Part shown: positions 46,155-59,242 of the stretch, one piece after another
How the letters are laid out: each line of letters begins with the position of its first letter
Position numbering within the stretch: the stretch's first letter is position 1
Origin: the human T2T-CHM13v2.0 reference genome, Homo sapiens
NCBI RefSeq assembly: GCF_009914755.1
Contig: NC_060928.1
Direction: 5' to 3' (one strand)
Length of the DNA stretch: 64,000 bases
Notes under the pieces: model-generated
Seen by the model: only the letters and a program-made list of their open reading frames with translations
Databases searched by the model: none
Told to the model about the DNA's origin: nothing
Made by a program: the position numbers and the translations under genes

Positions 46155-46310
46155 TCTGAATCACGTAGGAACCTTCTAAAAGTACAGATTCTGGAGCTCC
46201 AAGTCAGACCTAGAAAATCAGTATCTCCGGGGGTGGGGAGAAGAGAAAAGGAATCTTGTATTTTTAAAAAGCAACAAAAAACAGCCTCAGGTGATTCCCA
46301 TGATAAGTCA
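46155..46310. mobile_element. MER5-like MITE relic
   Basis: GAATCAC..TACAGATTCTGG..CAGACCT..AATCAG.ATCTCCGGGGGTGGGG..CAGGTGATTC. Confidence 0.55.
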
Positions 46311-47563
46311 GTGAGATGACCTCTCTATTCCCTTCAAGATTTAAATTCTATGATTCTAATCACACCTTCTAAGTGAGTCAGAGCCCAGAATTATCAGGCA
46401 AAATGAGGTAATTTGTGGTTTCCTGTCTTTCTGATTATGGTAGAGGGAAGTGTCACATAATGGGCATTGTCTAAGTTGCTGTAACAGAAAAGTGAAAAAT
46501 TGTCTGATTTATAAACCCTTCAGTTTTAAATCCCTAATATTCTGACTAATAAAATTAGCAAAGCAGACTGCATTTCGACACTGTAGATATATTCTGCGCC
46601 ATAAAATAAATAAATAAATAACCCTGACAAAAAGAAAAAAACACCCAGGGAATACCCAAACAAGCTGCAGACATGGGAGTGATGGTGAATTAAGCTGAAG
46701 GTAATAACAGACAGGGAGACACCTCATTTTACCTTGCAGTTGAACAACTGCAGTCTTGAGGCTGAATCAATAAAGAAAAAGAATAAGTCCTCAGGGGACT
46801 GGAGTGATATTCTATACAGAATTACAGGGCAGGATTGCTGTCTGAAACCCATATGGTCAAGAGAAATGTTGATAAATTAGAGTTCACAAACATAGTTGAT
46901 TCGATCAAAGAAAGAAATCTCATACCAGTTTTGCAACATGTCACAGACTGATGCAGCAGATTGTGACCCCCATGATAAATCACTCTTCTCTGGAGTAAGA
47001 GCAAACTTTTATATTTCCAGCACCAGGTCTGGCTTCCAGAAAGAAACTAAGGTTTTTTTATGGCTGTCAGTTTCCAGCAAGCAGATGAATTCTCAGTGAA
47101 AGTCTCATTCTGGGAAGGAAGCAGCAAGGGTTGCCTTTCACTCCTGAATTGCTACAGGCAGAACTAAGTCATGGACAATTGATGACGCCACTCTCAGAAA
47201 CATTTGCCTACTGCATATACATACATGGAGTCAGTGCCTTTGCACTTGGGGTGGGCTGATCACACTGCACTAATCTTGGAAATAAACAGGTACCCTGAAG
47301 GCCTCAAATCTTAGCAAAACATTGGAACCATACTATGCTTCCAACTAGGTGTGTAATTTTTAAAAAATTTCTCATTGATGTGTACAATCTTAGGTTCACA
47401 TCGACAATGGTGTTAGCACACTTTGGAGAGGGCAAGTAACCATGTAGCTCTCTCTAAGACCCTGATCAGAAAAAGCCAATCAGTCACAAGATGGAGAGGG
47501 GTGTGATTCTTGAGTGTCTTACTCTGGCTAGAACTCTCATTAAGGGTTTTCTGGCTTTACAAC

Positions 47564-48441
47564 TGATAGGGACAGGAGGCAGGGAAATTCTGTGCAGAAG
47601 AGGGTGGGTCCCTGGCAAACGCCCCACCCTCGAGCCTGGAACCGCTGTCTGAAGTTAGAACTTTGCATCCCTGTTTTCCCACTTGAATCTTGTCTTTTCC
47701 AAAACCACCCATAGCCCACGCCACCCCTAATCTGTGCCCATAAAAACCCCAGCAGAGGGAGGAGAGGAAGAGAATAGGAGAAGCCGCTAGCAGAGGGAGG
47801 TGAGAAAGAAAAGGGGAGAAGGAGCTGGCCGTCAGGGACTACAGTTTGATGTTGGAAAGAAGCAGCTTGTCTTCAGAGGGACAGCTTGATGGTATGGCTT
47901 TGGAGAGAAGTCCTGCCATCCCTGGGGAAGATCACCTTCCTGCTCTATCCCCTGTCCAGCTCCCCTTCTCACTGAGAGCCACTTTCATCAGCAATAAATT
48001 CCTCCACATTCACCACCCTTCAATTCGTTCATGACACCTGATTTTTCCTGGACGTTGAACATGAGCTTGGGTCTCATGGGTGCAGATGAAAAGGCTGTCA
48101 CACTGACCCTCCACTGAGCTATTAACACTTAAGCCATCCGTGGATGGCAAAGCTGAAAGAGCGCTGACTGTAACACTTCTTCTGGGGCTTCAGGGGTTGT
48201 GAGTACTCCCCCATAGATGCTGCTGTGGGGCCCACATGGAGTTTTGCTCCTGCTAGCACCCAAAAGCACTCACCCCAGCTCCTGAACCCACTCACCTGCA
48301 TGCTCCCTCCCACAAGGGGTTGAGTGCAATGGGGTCCAGTGAATGGAGTTTGCCCCTGCCAGCACTGAAGCAGCTGGCTAGCTCCAGCACCTGCACTCCA
48401 CTTCCCACCCATGAAGGGGTCAAGGAACATTTCCTGCTTCA
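47564..48441 (+). mobile_element. ERV1 solo LTR, LTR1/LTR27/LTR28 group
   Basis: TGATAGGGACAGGAGGCAGGGAAATTC start, TTCCTGCTTCA end, 4-bp TSD CAAC; CATAAAA at ~47739 and AATAAA at ~47993. Confidence 0.88.
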
Positions 48442-49534
48442 CAACCATACACCATCTCGTAACTAGAAAACCCTGTCCTGTCACTTGCTAATCTGCATCA
48501 TGATGAAGCTTATCAGGGTTGATAAAGTTGAGGTCCGAGGCTAACATTGACTTCTCTACAGGAAAGAGTTCTCAAAAGCTCTATAGCCTGTCCTGTTTTT
48601 AACTCTCTGAAATGTACTAACCTATTCACCCCTTGCATAGATTACACAGAAAAGGAAATGATCAAGTTTTATAACTATTTTTAACTTTCTGATTCATTCT
48701 TGGCCTCAGAGATCTGTGGGTGTTTACTACAGCTTAGCAACTTTCTTTCATAAAGAAATGCCCAGTAAACCTCTTTTTGGACCACAGCCATGTAAAAATG
48801 GTCTCATAGTCCTGTTTTGTGTAAGTGCTCTTGATTGCCTTCAAAGAAGGTGAGGACCCAGCAAAGAGAAAATCCTCTTGGGAGCTAACTAACCATCTTG
48901 AGAGCCTGTCAAGAACAGGATTCTTGATTACTAACACATATTTTCAGTTACAACTCCTAGATTCAGGGCTGTATTTAAAGAGGCCCACTTAACGGAAGAA
49001 GTTAAGTCTAGCTGTAGAGTCATTTGGGGGAAAACATACAAGGCTGTTTTCCTTCCCTGAATGTCAACTCTGGCAACAAGGGAAGAGAGTAAACCTGGCT
49101 TCCTCAGAGACCTATCTTTGGAACAAGGCATTCAGTTTTAAAGTAGTCCCAAAGTGCTTGAATCAGCACTTCTAGCAGTATTTCCTCTCTATGAATTTAA
49201 GACAGATTGTCTTCTAGGCTTTTCTCACTTTCTCTTTCTCTCTCACACTTACACTGTAACTCCTTGTTTCCCTGAATTTCTCTTATCTGCTTTTTACCCT
49301 CATTCCCTCTTTCTCATCCTTTAAGAACTTCTCAAACAGGGTGTGGATAGGGATCGTGGAAAAAACATGCTTATCTGACTTAAAAAACTCTATAGGAAAC
49401 AGCCAGATAAAGTCAAGGATTTCTGTTTGTTTTGTAAATTCAAAACCTCTAAAAACCTCTAAACATGTTAGAGATCATGGTTATGAGATCCTAGTTAGAT
49501 CAGCTGCACTACCCAAAAATTGTCCTGACAAACT

Positions 49535-49855
<321 letters not shown>

Positions 49856-51639
49856 TGAGATCACTTTGGGGAAGTGCTTGGAGACCAGCTGGCATTATCT
49901 AAATGCCTAAATGTCTAAATAGGAGGCCTGGCAGATTGAATAGTAAAGACCTTGGCAGGCAAGAGAGTCCCCAAGGTGGTGTTCCATGAACCTGGAAAAT
50001 CCAATCTTTTTCATACAAATAAAAGAAGAATTGGTTGAAAACAATCTATTAGATTTCCCTAGCATACATGAGAATTTCAGTGAAAGTTGAGTTTTGGCTG
50101 TTGGCAAATGGTACAGAATTCTCGGTTTCAAAACAAGAATCCTAAAATGGCTTGTGACATGATTTACTGCCTGAGGAATAGATTGTGTCTTTCAGTGTTT
50201 GAATTATAACATGGCATTGGACTGACTGACCCAGGTCTTGGGCCCTGCTAACATGGATAACACTCTCTGCTTTTGTCTCACCCTCCCCACCCTCAGCAGT
50301 TGTTTTTGCATCCACTTAAAGCAAGAGAATTTTGAAGAGAGGAGAGAGAAGTGTTCTAGGGTCTGGGCCACAGCAGGAGAAAGAAATTGTGGCAAATGGA
50401 GTGATGGTAGAAGATCTGTTCCCTGCCTGGTTCCTTGAACTAGGTTCAAACCTAGGTATTGAAGTAGAGATGGCCCTTGACCTCTGTTACCCTTTGGACT
50501 GAGAGAGAAGAGAAGCTTGGGGTCAAAAGGAAATGTTTTTTGGATAGGCTGAGTGACAAAATGTGTACCAAGTTATAGAGAAGCCTGGTCCCCTTCTCAA
50601 GGCCAGTATGGCTGTGGTTCCCTGAGGATCATCAGCTTTGGGAGCACCAGAGAAAGAGAAGCACCCCTGGCATAGACCTTTATGTTTTTCTGAGAGGCTG
50701 TAGTGATGCTCCTTCCAGTGGCCCTCTAGACTGTAGAAAAGTGTGATAGAGCCAAGACAGACACATGTGAAGTACACCCTTTGCACTGATACAATTAACT
50801 GTGAAAGATTTTTAGGGCAAGTTGAAACCCTGCAATAAAAAATGAGAATGTAGTAATTTGGAAATTTCTGATGTAGCCTGATACATGCCTGTTAGGTAGT
50901 TACTGAGAAAGTAACTATCTGAGAGGGTGTCCCACGTATTGAGTCCAGGGAATCCTTCACACATTCCAAACCCTATAATGAGCCTTCACCGAAGCAAGTT
51001 CAGAGCACTCCTATGGATTTCATTTCAAAGACCAGGAAGAAGCCCAAGAATAACTTAATGAGATTTAAAATATTCATTCATTCATTCAGTATACCTTCAC
51101 TGAGCACATACTGTGTATATAAGGCTCAATGGTAGACTTTGGGGGAAATAGAAAGATGTTTACATTTTACTTCCTGCTCTTAAGGAGTCTTTAATAAGGA
51201 CGTAAGACATATATACACTTTAACACAGGTAAAAGTAGTGTTATTACAAATGTTCTTTTTTTAAGACTGGGAGGTGCTACAGAATATTATTGATTTGAAG
51301 AGAATGTCAATGTAGAAGGAATGATTAAAGAGCCAAGACATAGAGAATTTTTTTGAGAAAATGATGTTCCTGAAGTGAAATGTGGTGGGATCAACTTTGC
51401 AGAGGGCTTAGGAAAGAGACATTAAATGAAAGATGAGTTTGGGTGGTGAGAAATACTGAGAAAATGTAACTTGAAAAAAGAAAATATAAGAGATTTATAT
51501 TGAGTGGCCTTGGTTTATGTTAAATTGTATGGGAAACTATTCAGTGAATATTCAGCAGTGATTTGGGGGCTTGATTGAGGAAACATTTAGAATAAGTATC
51601 CTTAGACCTGTAATGGGGCAACCATTAAAGAGAAAGCAA

Positions 51640-51810
51640 ATTTAAAAATTAGCTGGATGTAGTGCATGTCTTATAGTCCTAGCTACTAGGGAGGCTGAGA
51701 CGGGAGGATGGCTTGAGCCTAGGAGTTTAAGGCTGCGGTGAGCTATGGTTATACACTGCACTCCAGCCTGGGCAACAGAGCAAGACTGGCCTCAGGAAAA
51801 AAAAAAAAAG
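51640..51810 (+). mobile_element. Alu right monomer (FRAM or truncated AluJ)
   Basis: GGGAGGATGGCTTGAGCCTAGG; TSD-like TAAAGAGA(A/G)AGCA on both sides. Confidence 0.85.
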
Positions 51811-53696
51811 ATTTAATTTAATTTAAAAAATAAGAATAAAGAGAGAGCATTGTCGAGTAGCAGGAAGGGTCAAACTGGGTTATATAACTTGGTTTTGTTG
51901 TGGCTTCATTCAGCCCAGGTTTGTAACTTTATTCTATGGTTAAACACAGATACAGCAAGAATGGATTGAAGAATACAGCTAACTGGAGTTTGCCAAGAAG
52001 GCATAGGTAAGGAAGAGAGGGTGAGGAACTGATGTCTTCCCTGACCCTATCATATAATTTCTACCTGGTAATCTCCACTTTTTGCCTTGCCTGTGAATCT
52101 CCTCAAATCTAAGGATCTTCAGTGGGAGAAGAGATGCCTGTGTGTGGTGACAGGGCCCCAGAGGACAGAATATTAATAATGCAGTTTAACCTTCAACACA
52201 GTTAGGCTTACTGTAGGCATAATTCATGGAAATAAAAATACATAATTTCCCATTAAATTTTTAAAAATGTAAATAAACAATGAAGAGCAAAAATATAAAT
52301 CTATATAAGTCATATTGTTAAAAATACAGAAAGATGATTAAATAAATAAAGACAGCAACAACTGGGTACTTTGCAAATTCTTAGCTGTCATTAATCATTG
52401 TTTAATCTTGCCCTGTGTTCATTGGGTTTACACAGATTTCTTTTTTTCTTTTCACCTTGAATCTTTATACTTAGTTGAAAACCATTCCAGAATTGAAAAA
52501 GCTACCCCAGGAATCAATATATCTTTGGCCTTTATTTTGCTATAGACTTTAGTTTCCCTGAAACGGTGATTTTTCTTTTTTCTCTATTGTTTCTTTCTTT
52601 GTGTTCTAAAAAGAAGAAACCACTCTTCTCCATTGCACTTCTGAAAGGGAATGTGTTAAGTGACTAAGTAAAACCCTGTCTTCTCCTCAGTCAAGATTTT
52701 CTAGCTCCTTTTTTCTTCTTGGGAAGGACTCACTTCTGTTCCTGTCCCCCAGCCAACATCCTTTAGGGATTATCTCCTTTAGGACAGCTATATCTCCACG
52801 TTGCTGGGTAAATTCTAACACAGAATTTTGGTTGTAAAGTCAGATCTCCCAGAACATGACTTTGAAGGTGAGAATTCACTAAGCTTTTAAGGCAGAGCTT
52901 AAATCTCAGGTAGACCTGTCCTGATGGTGGAATCATTTTCACAGCCTTGGGCCATTGGGGAATCAAAGTCTATGAGACCACCTAGGACAAAACTTACAAG
53001 GTATTGTCCTTGGTCCTAGCTACTTTTGGCTGATTTGATAATAATGTCCTCCTATCACCCAGGTTCTACTTTAGCGGTTCTGCCATGCCAGCCCTCACTG
53101 AGATCTCTGTTGCGCACTCATTGCTCAGGTTCACTGATTATGTGGGTGACATTTAAAGGAAAAGAGGCTCTTTGAAAAAGTCAATAAAAGGGATCACAAC
53201 TGAATCAATGACTTTTCCCTGGAAACACTAGACAGCCCCAAGTTTGAAACCTGGTTTCCTCACTTACTCTGTGAACCTATGCTGAGTACCAGGCTCATGG
53301 GAAGTCCCAGCTCTGCAGTAGCACATTATCTTTTCTTCTCAAGTCTACCTTTGGAGGAAAAACTGAGTGAAGCACTATGAATTCCAGCTTTGTAAAGTGA
53401 AATCAATTGGGAGGGAGGGCGGCAAGGAAGGAATTTTTGCCCCTCTCTCTTGTTCTTATCTCTTGGTCTCAGAGTAGGAGTCACCCACTGTGGGGTCCCC
53501 TCCCTGGTGGTTGGGATTAATATTGTTGTAAAGCCTCCTCCAAAAGGTGGCTGACCTTCCCCAAGGCCCTGACCTTGGACTTGTTGAATTTGGGTTGAGG
53601 AGGGAGAACTAGAGGAGTAGAGCTGGGTTTCAGGTTCAACTTCAGGACAAGAAAGGTATGAAATAGCAATGGTAGAAGCCTGCAGTGTGTCCAGAG

Positions 53697-53873
53697 CAAT
53701 GTCTCAAACTATTTGCTCTTTAGAATAAAATCAGGGGCTTTTGAAAAAATGCCAGCGGCTAGGGTCATCTCAGATTAATTGAATTAGTAACTCTGAGAGT
53801 GGAGTCCAGGCATGGTATTTTTTGAAAAGTTCTCCAAGTGTTTCTAATACATAGGCATGTTTGAGAGCCACTG
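53697..53873. mobile_element. MER5-like MITE
   Basis: TIRs CAATGTCTCAAAC / GTTTGAGAGCCACTG. Confidence 0.65.
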
Positions 53874-54119
53874 GTTGAGAACTTGTTTTTTTTCCAGTCC
53901 CTCTTTCTTATCTTTGGGTCCTTCAGCTTACTGGCCTTTCTCTCCCAAGATGCCTCAGAGGAAGTAGACTTTAATCCATGTTTGCAATGTAGCCACTGAT
54001 GCCACAGATGTTCTTGAGACTATTTCTCTTTGTTTCATTGTGAGCCTCAGTCCATCAGCTACCTACAGGTCATCTGGTGAATTGTTTAGTTTTCACAAAA
54101 TAGTATATAGTTTATTTAG

Positions 54120-54272
54120 AGGCAGGATGTGTCACGGTTAAGGGCACAGGCTCTGAAATCGACCTGCCTAGTTCTAATTTCAACTTCGCCACTTATTAGC
54201 TTTGTGATCTTGAGTAATTTATTTAACCTCTAGCACTTAAGTAACTGTTATATTGGGTAGTAATAGTGTCTT

Positions 54273-54312
<40 letters not shown>

Positions 54313-54370
54313 TAACTATTTCAAGTGCTTAGAGTAGTGTTTGACAGTAACTGTTCAACAAATGGTAGTG
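54120..54370 (+). mobile_element. MIR containing a (TG)n run
   Basis: GGTTAAGGGCACAGGCTCTGAAATC..CCACTTATTAGCTTTGTGATCTTG. Confidence 0.75.
54275..54306. repeat. (TG)16 microsatellite
   Basis: Perfect run, read directly. Confidence 0.92.
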
Positions 54371-54728
54371 TATGTTTTTAAAATGATGGATCTCTTTCCT
54401 ACCAAGACTCACTGATTAGCAGCAAGAGCTCACATTTACTGATAACTTTATCTTACCCAGGGAAGCACTACAACTAAACACCTGTGTGTCTTACATCTGC
54501 TAGAGTAATTCGTCTTACAAATGCTAGAGTTTTCATCAATTATGCACACCAAACAATATATCTTAAGCCCATCCATTGTTACAACCTAAATCCACATATA
54601 TCCTGTATGATTTTAATATCCTAGAATGGTTTTCAAGGCAAACAAAATAGGGCAAGATAACTTGGCACAAGGAACTGGCCAGGCTGATGTGGCTCAGTGT
54701 AGATAAGCACAGGATGTGGAATCCCAAG

Positions 54729-55160
54729 TGGTATGGATTGCGTGCAATGTGTCTGAGCCCCAGTACTTCAGAATGTGACCTTATTTGGAAATACCATTGT
54801 TGCTGATGTAACTAGTTAAGGTGAGATCATACAGGAGTAAGGTTGGTCCCTAATCCAATATGACTAGTGTCTTTATGAGAAGACAGCCCTGTGAAGACAG
54901 AGACACACAGGAAGAACACACATGATGGTGAAGGCAAAGACTGGAGTATGTAGCTGCAAAACAAGGAATGACAGCAAACTACCAAAACCAAGGAAGAGGC
55001 AATGTGGTATTCCTCTGCAGGTTTCAGAGTGAGCATGGCCCTGCCGACATCTGGATTCTGGACTTCCAGCCTTTAGAAATGTGAGATAATAAATTTCTAT
55101 TGCTTTAAGCCACCTCCCAGTTTTTAGTGCTTTGTTACAGAAGGCCTAGGGTCTGATACA
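54729..55160 (+). mobile_element. MaLR solo LTR (MLT1B/C-like)
   Basis: CAGAATGTGACCTTATTTGGAAATA, GGACTTCCAGCCT..AATAAATTTC, end GATACA; TSD CCAAG. Confidence 0.88.
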
Positions 55161-55414
55161 CCAAGGAATACAGAAGTGAAACAGAAGGCAATACAAACCT
55201 AGCATGAAAAAAAAGGAGGAGGTTCTGCATGGCACCTGGGCAGGCACTACCCAGCCACTTGCAGCAAGTGTTTTATTGGTGAGGACTTAACACCAGAACA
55301 ACACTGCATTGGTACCTACATATTATCCTTGTTCTGGATATATGTATAACTATGTACAAATGATTAGAACTGTAAACAATTTTCATTCAAAATGTAATTT
55401 TGTGGATTCTCAAT

Positions 55415-55560
55415 GCAGCCTTTGGTGTAGATACTATTATTATCCCCACTTTACAAGTGAGAAAACTGAAGTGCTGAGAGATTAAGTAAATTTGCATGGC
55501 TATTAAGTGGCAGAGCTGAGAGTCAAGCTCCAGAGTTCATGATCCTAATCACGGCTGTTT
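55415..55560 (-). mobile_element. MIR
   Basis: ATTATTATCCCCACTTTACAAGTGAGAAAACTGAAG..TAAGTGGCAGAGCTG. Confidence 0.75.
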
Positions 55561-56112
55561 TAACATTAGCTAAAAGGGCAACTTTGAAAGGAAAGAAGAA
55601 ATCACCCAAGTTGCTTGTTCGTAGTTGGGCAGGGACCGTCCATCTTGTACTTCCTAGGCATGGGAGGCAAAGATACAACACTCAAGGAAGACATTGCCCT
55701 ATACAAGTTTCCAGTGACACGATCCCCATCAATTCTCCACTGGCTGTAAGAGATTTAGATTCAAAAGGAAAGTAATAGAGGTAAAAGCAGTACCCAATGA
55801 CAGCCACCTTTGGGTTTTGAAAATTTTGCTGTACTGAGAAAATAAAAACATAACTCAGACTTTTTTAGCAGAGTTGATAGAACTTTATTTTTTATTATTA
55901 ATACTCAAATGTATAACATGAAACTTGCTGTATTTACACAGGGATGCTTACTGATTATACTATACTATAGGCTGAGTTCCACAAATACAGGAATTCTGGT
56001 GAACTTTATTTGTGTAGTCCCCATAAAAGTCTACGTGCATTTATAATTGTACATGTTGCATTATTGTGAGAAGCAAAACTTCTATTTTATGACTTAGTGT
56101 AAGTCAACATAT

Positions 56113-56850
56113 AAAAAAAGTTCATCACTAACCATCAGAGAAGTACAAATTAAAACCACGATGAAATACTATCTCACACCAGTCAGAATGGCGATTATTA
56201 AAAAGTCAAAAACTAATAGAGGTTGGCAAGGATATGGTAAAAAGGGAATGCTTATACACTGTTGGTGGGAATGTAAATTAGTTCAACCCCTATGGAAACA
56301 CAATGGAGATTTCTCAAAGAACTAAAAATAGAACTACTGTTCGACCCAGCAATCCCACTACTGGCTATCTACAAAAAGGAAAATAAATCATTTTGTCAAA
56401 AAGACCCCTGCACCTACATGTTTATCTCAGCACTATTAACAAGAGCAAAGATATGGAATCAACCTAAGTGTCCCTCAGTGGTGGACTGGATAAAGGAAAC
56501 GTGGTAAATATACAACATGGAATACTGTATAACCATAAAAGGAATGAAATCATGTTCTTTGCTGCAACATGCATGCATTATCCTAAGTGAAGTAACTCAG
56601 AAACAGAAAATCAAATTTCACGTGTTCTCACTTATAAGTGGGCACTAAACAATGGGTACACATGGAAATAAAGATGGAAATAATAGACACTGAGGACTGC
56701 AAAAGGGGGGGAGGGTTAAAGGCGACTTATTGGATACAATGTTCACTATTTGGGTGATGGGTTCACTAGAAACCCAAACCCCAGAATTATGCAGTCTACC
56801 CATGTAACAAACCTGCCCATGTACCCCCTGAGTCTACAATTTTGAGAAAA
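56113..56850 (+). mobile_element. L1PB-type 3' fragment (ORF2 C-terminus and 3'UTR)
   Basis: ORF 56292-56507 ([20 protein letters not shown]); 3'UTR CATGTAACAAACCTGCCCATGTACCCCCTGA. Confidence 0.88.
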
Positions 56851-57184
56851 ACTGAATCCTTTATTTATGCATTTACATGTCTGATGATGAGAAGAATTTT
56901 TCACAGAGTAGCTTCTAACTTTTTACATTTCAAGCCCCTTTTCACCTCACTGCTACCTATATCTTCTGGGGCTGGGCATGGCAGGAAATATTCATATAAC
57001 CTCTAGCTCTGTCATGTCATGTCATAACATAGATAAGTTTTCACAGAGGGCAATAGGAGCATTTCTGGAGGCCATTCCTACAATAGCTTAAATATAAATG
57101 AAAGGGAATGCAAACCACATATGTACATGCCACCAAACCTAAACTAAATGTATTAATATTTCCAACTTAATTTCCCCCTTAGCC

Positions 57185-57393
57185 CAGTGTTTCTCAACTT
57201 ATTTTTCATCATCACCCTTCTCTAAGGAACATTCTTAGACTTCTTTTTTCCTAACAGTTCCATGAAATTTTAATAGCGCAGATATATTGCATATTTGTTT
57301 ATGTACTATATGTATCTGTGCTTTATAAATAAATAAAAAGAGTAGGATGTTTTGCCCCTGTTGGGTGTGTTATCACCCCATTGGGAAAGTATG
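57185..57393. mobile_element. hAT-Charlie MITE relic
   Basis: CAGTGTTTCTCAAC left TIR and degenerate right end ATCACCCCATTGGGAAAGTATG. Confidence 0.5.
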
Positions 57394-58210
57394 CCTCAGC
57401 AAAATCTCCCCAGATGTTCATGCCACTCCAGTGCCACTCAGCCCAAGGGAAATGTGATGGAGGGTAAATGGGAAGGGAGAGAAACATAGGACCATGTGAA
57501 TACATTGATAGGTGACTTCCCAGTGCCTTGGAAGGAAACAGTTTATGTGAGGAGCCCTGAGGTTTAACCTCCTTTTTCTTCACAGTAAATCCACCTCTGC
57601 TAATATGGTGTGACTTTTGTGGCATGACAGGTAAGAAAAGCACTGGAAAAATTAGAACATGTTCTCCCTTTAGAAAACCAGGCAAATATCCTAACATCAT
57701 TCTTAGACCTCAGAAACAAGATATTTGCTTACTTCAGACTGAAAGAACAAAGAAATAGAGAAATAAAAGTCCTCAGAAAAGATTGTGAGAAACCCACAGA
57801 TAAATGAGTCTCTCCCATTATCTCAAAAGTGTGTGATTTCTCATAGTGAATATATTTTGTATTATAATTGTATTTTTTAAAGATTGTTTTGTTGTAAAGT
57901 GTTCATTGCATTTACAATGATGATTGAAACCATTTAAAATAATTGAAATACTTTTATAGTTGTCAATATGTTATCCTAATCATTAGTTTTTAAAACAACC
58001 CTAAATTTATTTTAATAATGTGTTAGGCCTTGACAAGTAATAAGAAAGCATCCAAATTATAACCAGTGTGTGTAAATATTGGTATAGTACTACAAGCAGA
58101 ATGTACTGATTTTCACAAACCTTCATGCTTTGAAGGACAACTAAATCTGTAGGATATATATATATTTGATATCACTATGATTACAAAATGTGGTGTTTTG
58201 AGGATCAGTT

Positions 58211-58273
58211 GGGTCTTATATAACTAGTTATTTAATCCCCACAATAGGGTCTAATATAACTAGTTATTTAATC
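58211..58273. repeat. 36-bp-period tandem duplication containing the palindrome ATAACTAGTTAT
   Basis: GGGTCT(T/A)ATATAACTAGTTATTTAATC at 58211 and 58247. Confidence 0.9.
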
Positions 58274-59039
58274 TACCCCTGGGTAGTGAAATGTGGGTTG
58301 ATGCAGCTGTTGTTTGCCAATTGTGGGGCCTGAGAATATTGACTGCAATGTAAAGGATCATTGAACATGTTTTTACAGACTCAAAATAGAAAGACAGGTT
58401 TTACTTTTTTTTCCCATGTAGGAGAGAGTGGAACATTTTAAAATTGAGAAACTTAAAAAGAATTCCAAGATAAAAGAAAGTGAGACTTGAAATTTCTAAG
58501 TAGTTCTGGGTGTCTTTTAGTCACAGTGCCCAAGCTATTTCTCATAAGGTGCTTTTATCTTTGGTAAATTGCACACCTGCACATATAAAAAGAAATCTTA
58601 TTTACGTTTTTGAATACAAAAGAGTTTAACTTAGAAAACTGATAATTATCAAATAGCATTCAGTACAGATATGCTCATAATGAACAGAGCACTATGTGCT
58701 ATTTGTTGTCGTTAAGATGTGAAAGCAGTCCATCAGAGTAACGTAGCTTCCCTAAGCCATAGTTTCCTCATCTGTGAAGGGTTATAATAAGATATTTTTC
58801 AAAAAGCTTGTTATGGGGATTAAATGAGATAATATATGTTTCAGAAGTTTAGAACTTGTCATATGCTCTGCAAGTATGAAGAATTGTGCCATTTTTATTG
58901 TTACGAGTTGGAGTATCAGGAAAAACACAGTTCTTCTTGCCAAAGCTCTTCTGATTCCTGTGTGGTAGTCTACTTGTAATCTCATCACCCTTATTTTTTA
59001 AATATAAGGATTCAGGATTTGTTGACTATCCTGTATATA

Positions 59040-59242
59040 ATTGTCTATTAAGTGTATTATAATTGTACTCTATTGAAATTTCCTGTTTACTTGTCTGTAT
59101 CTACTACTAGAGGGTAGGCTAGAAAGGCAGCCTGTCTATTTCATTCATTCATACTCTATCCCAGTATCTAGCATATGTGGCTTAGCACCCAGTCCAGTAG
59201 CTACTCGATTATGTGTTGAATGAATACAAGAACAGATGAATA
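59040..59242 (+). mobile_element. L2 3' end
   Basis: TGTTTACTTGTCTGT..ACTAGAG..TATCCCAGTATCTAGCA..TGTTGAATGAAT. Confidence 0.7.

Noticed and set aside
50893-50921. Small hairpin AGGTAGTTACT..AGTAACTATCT
   Set aside because: An 11-bp stem with a mismatch is within chance expectation for AT-rich DNA.
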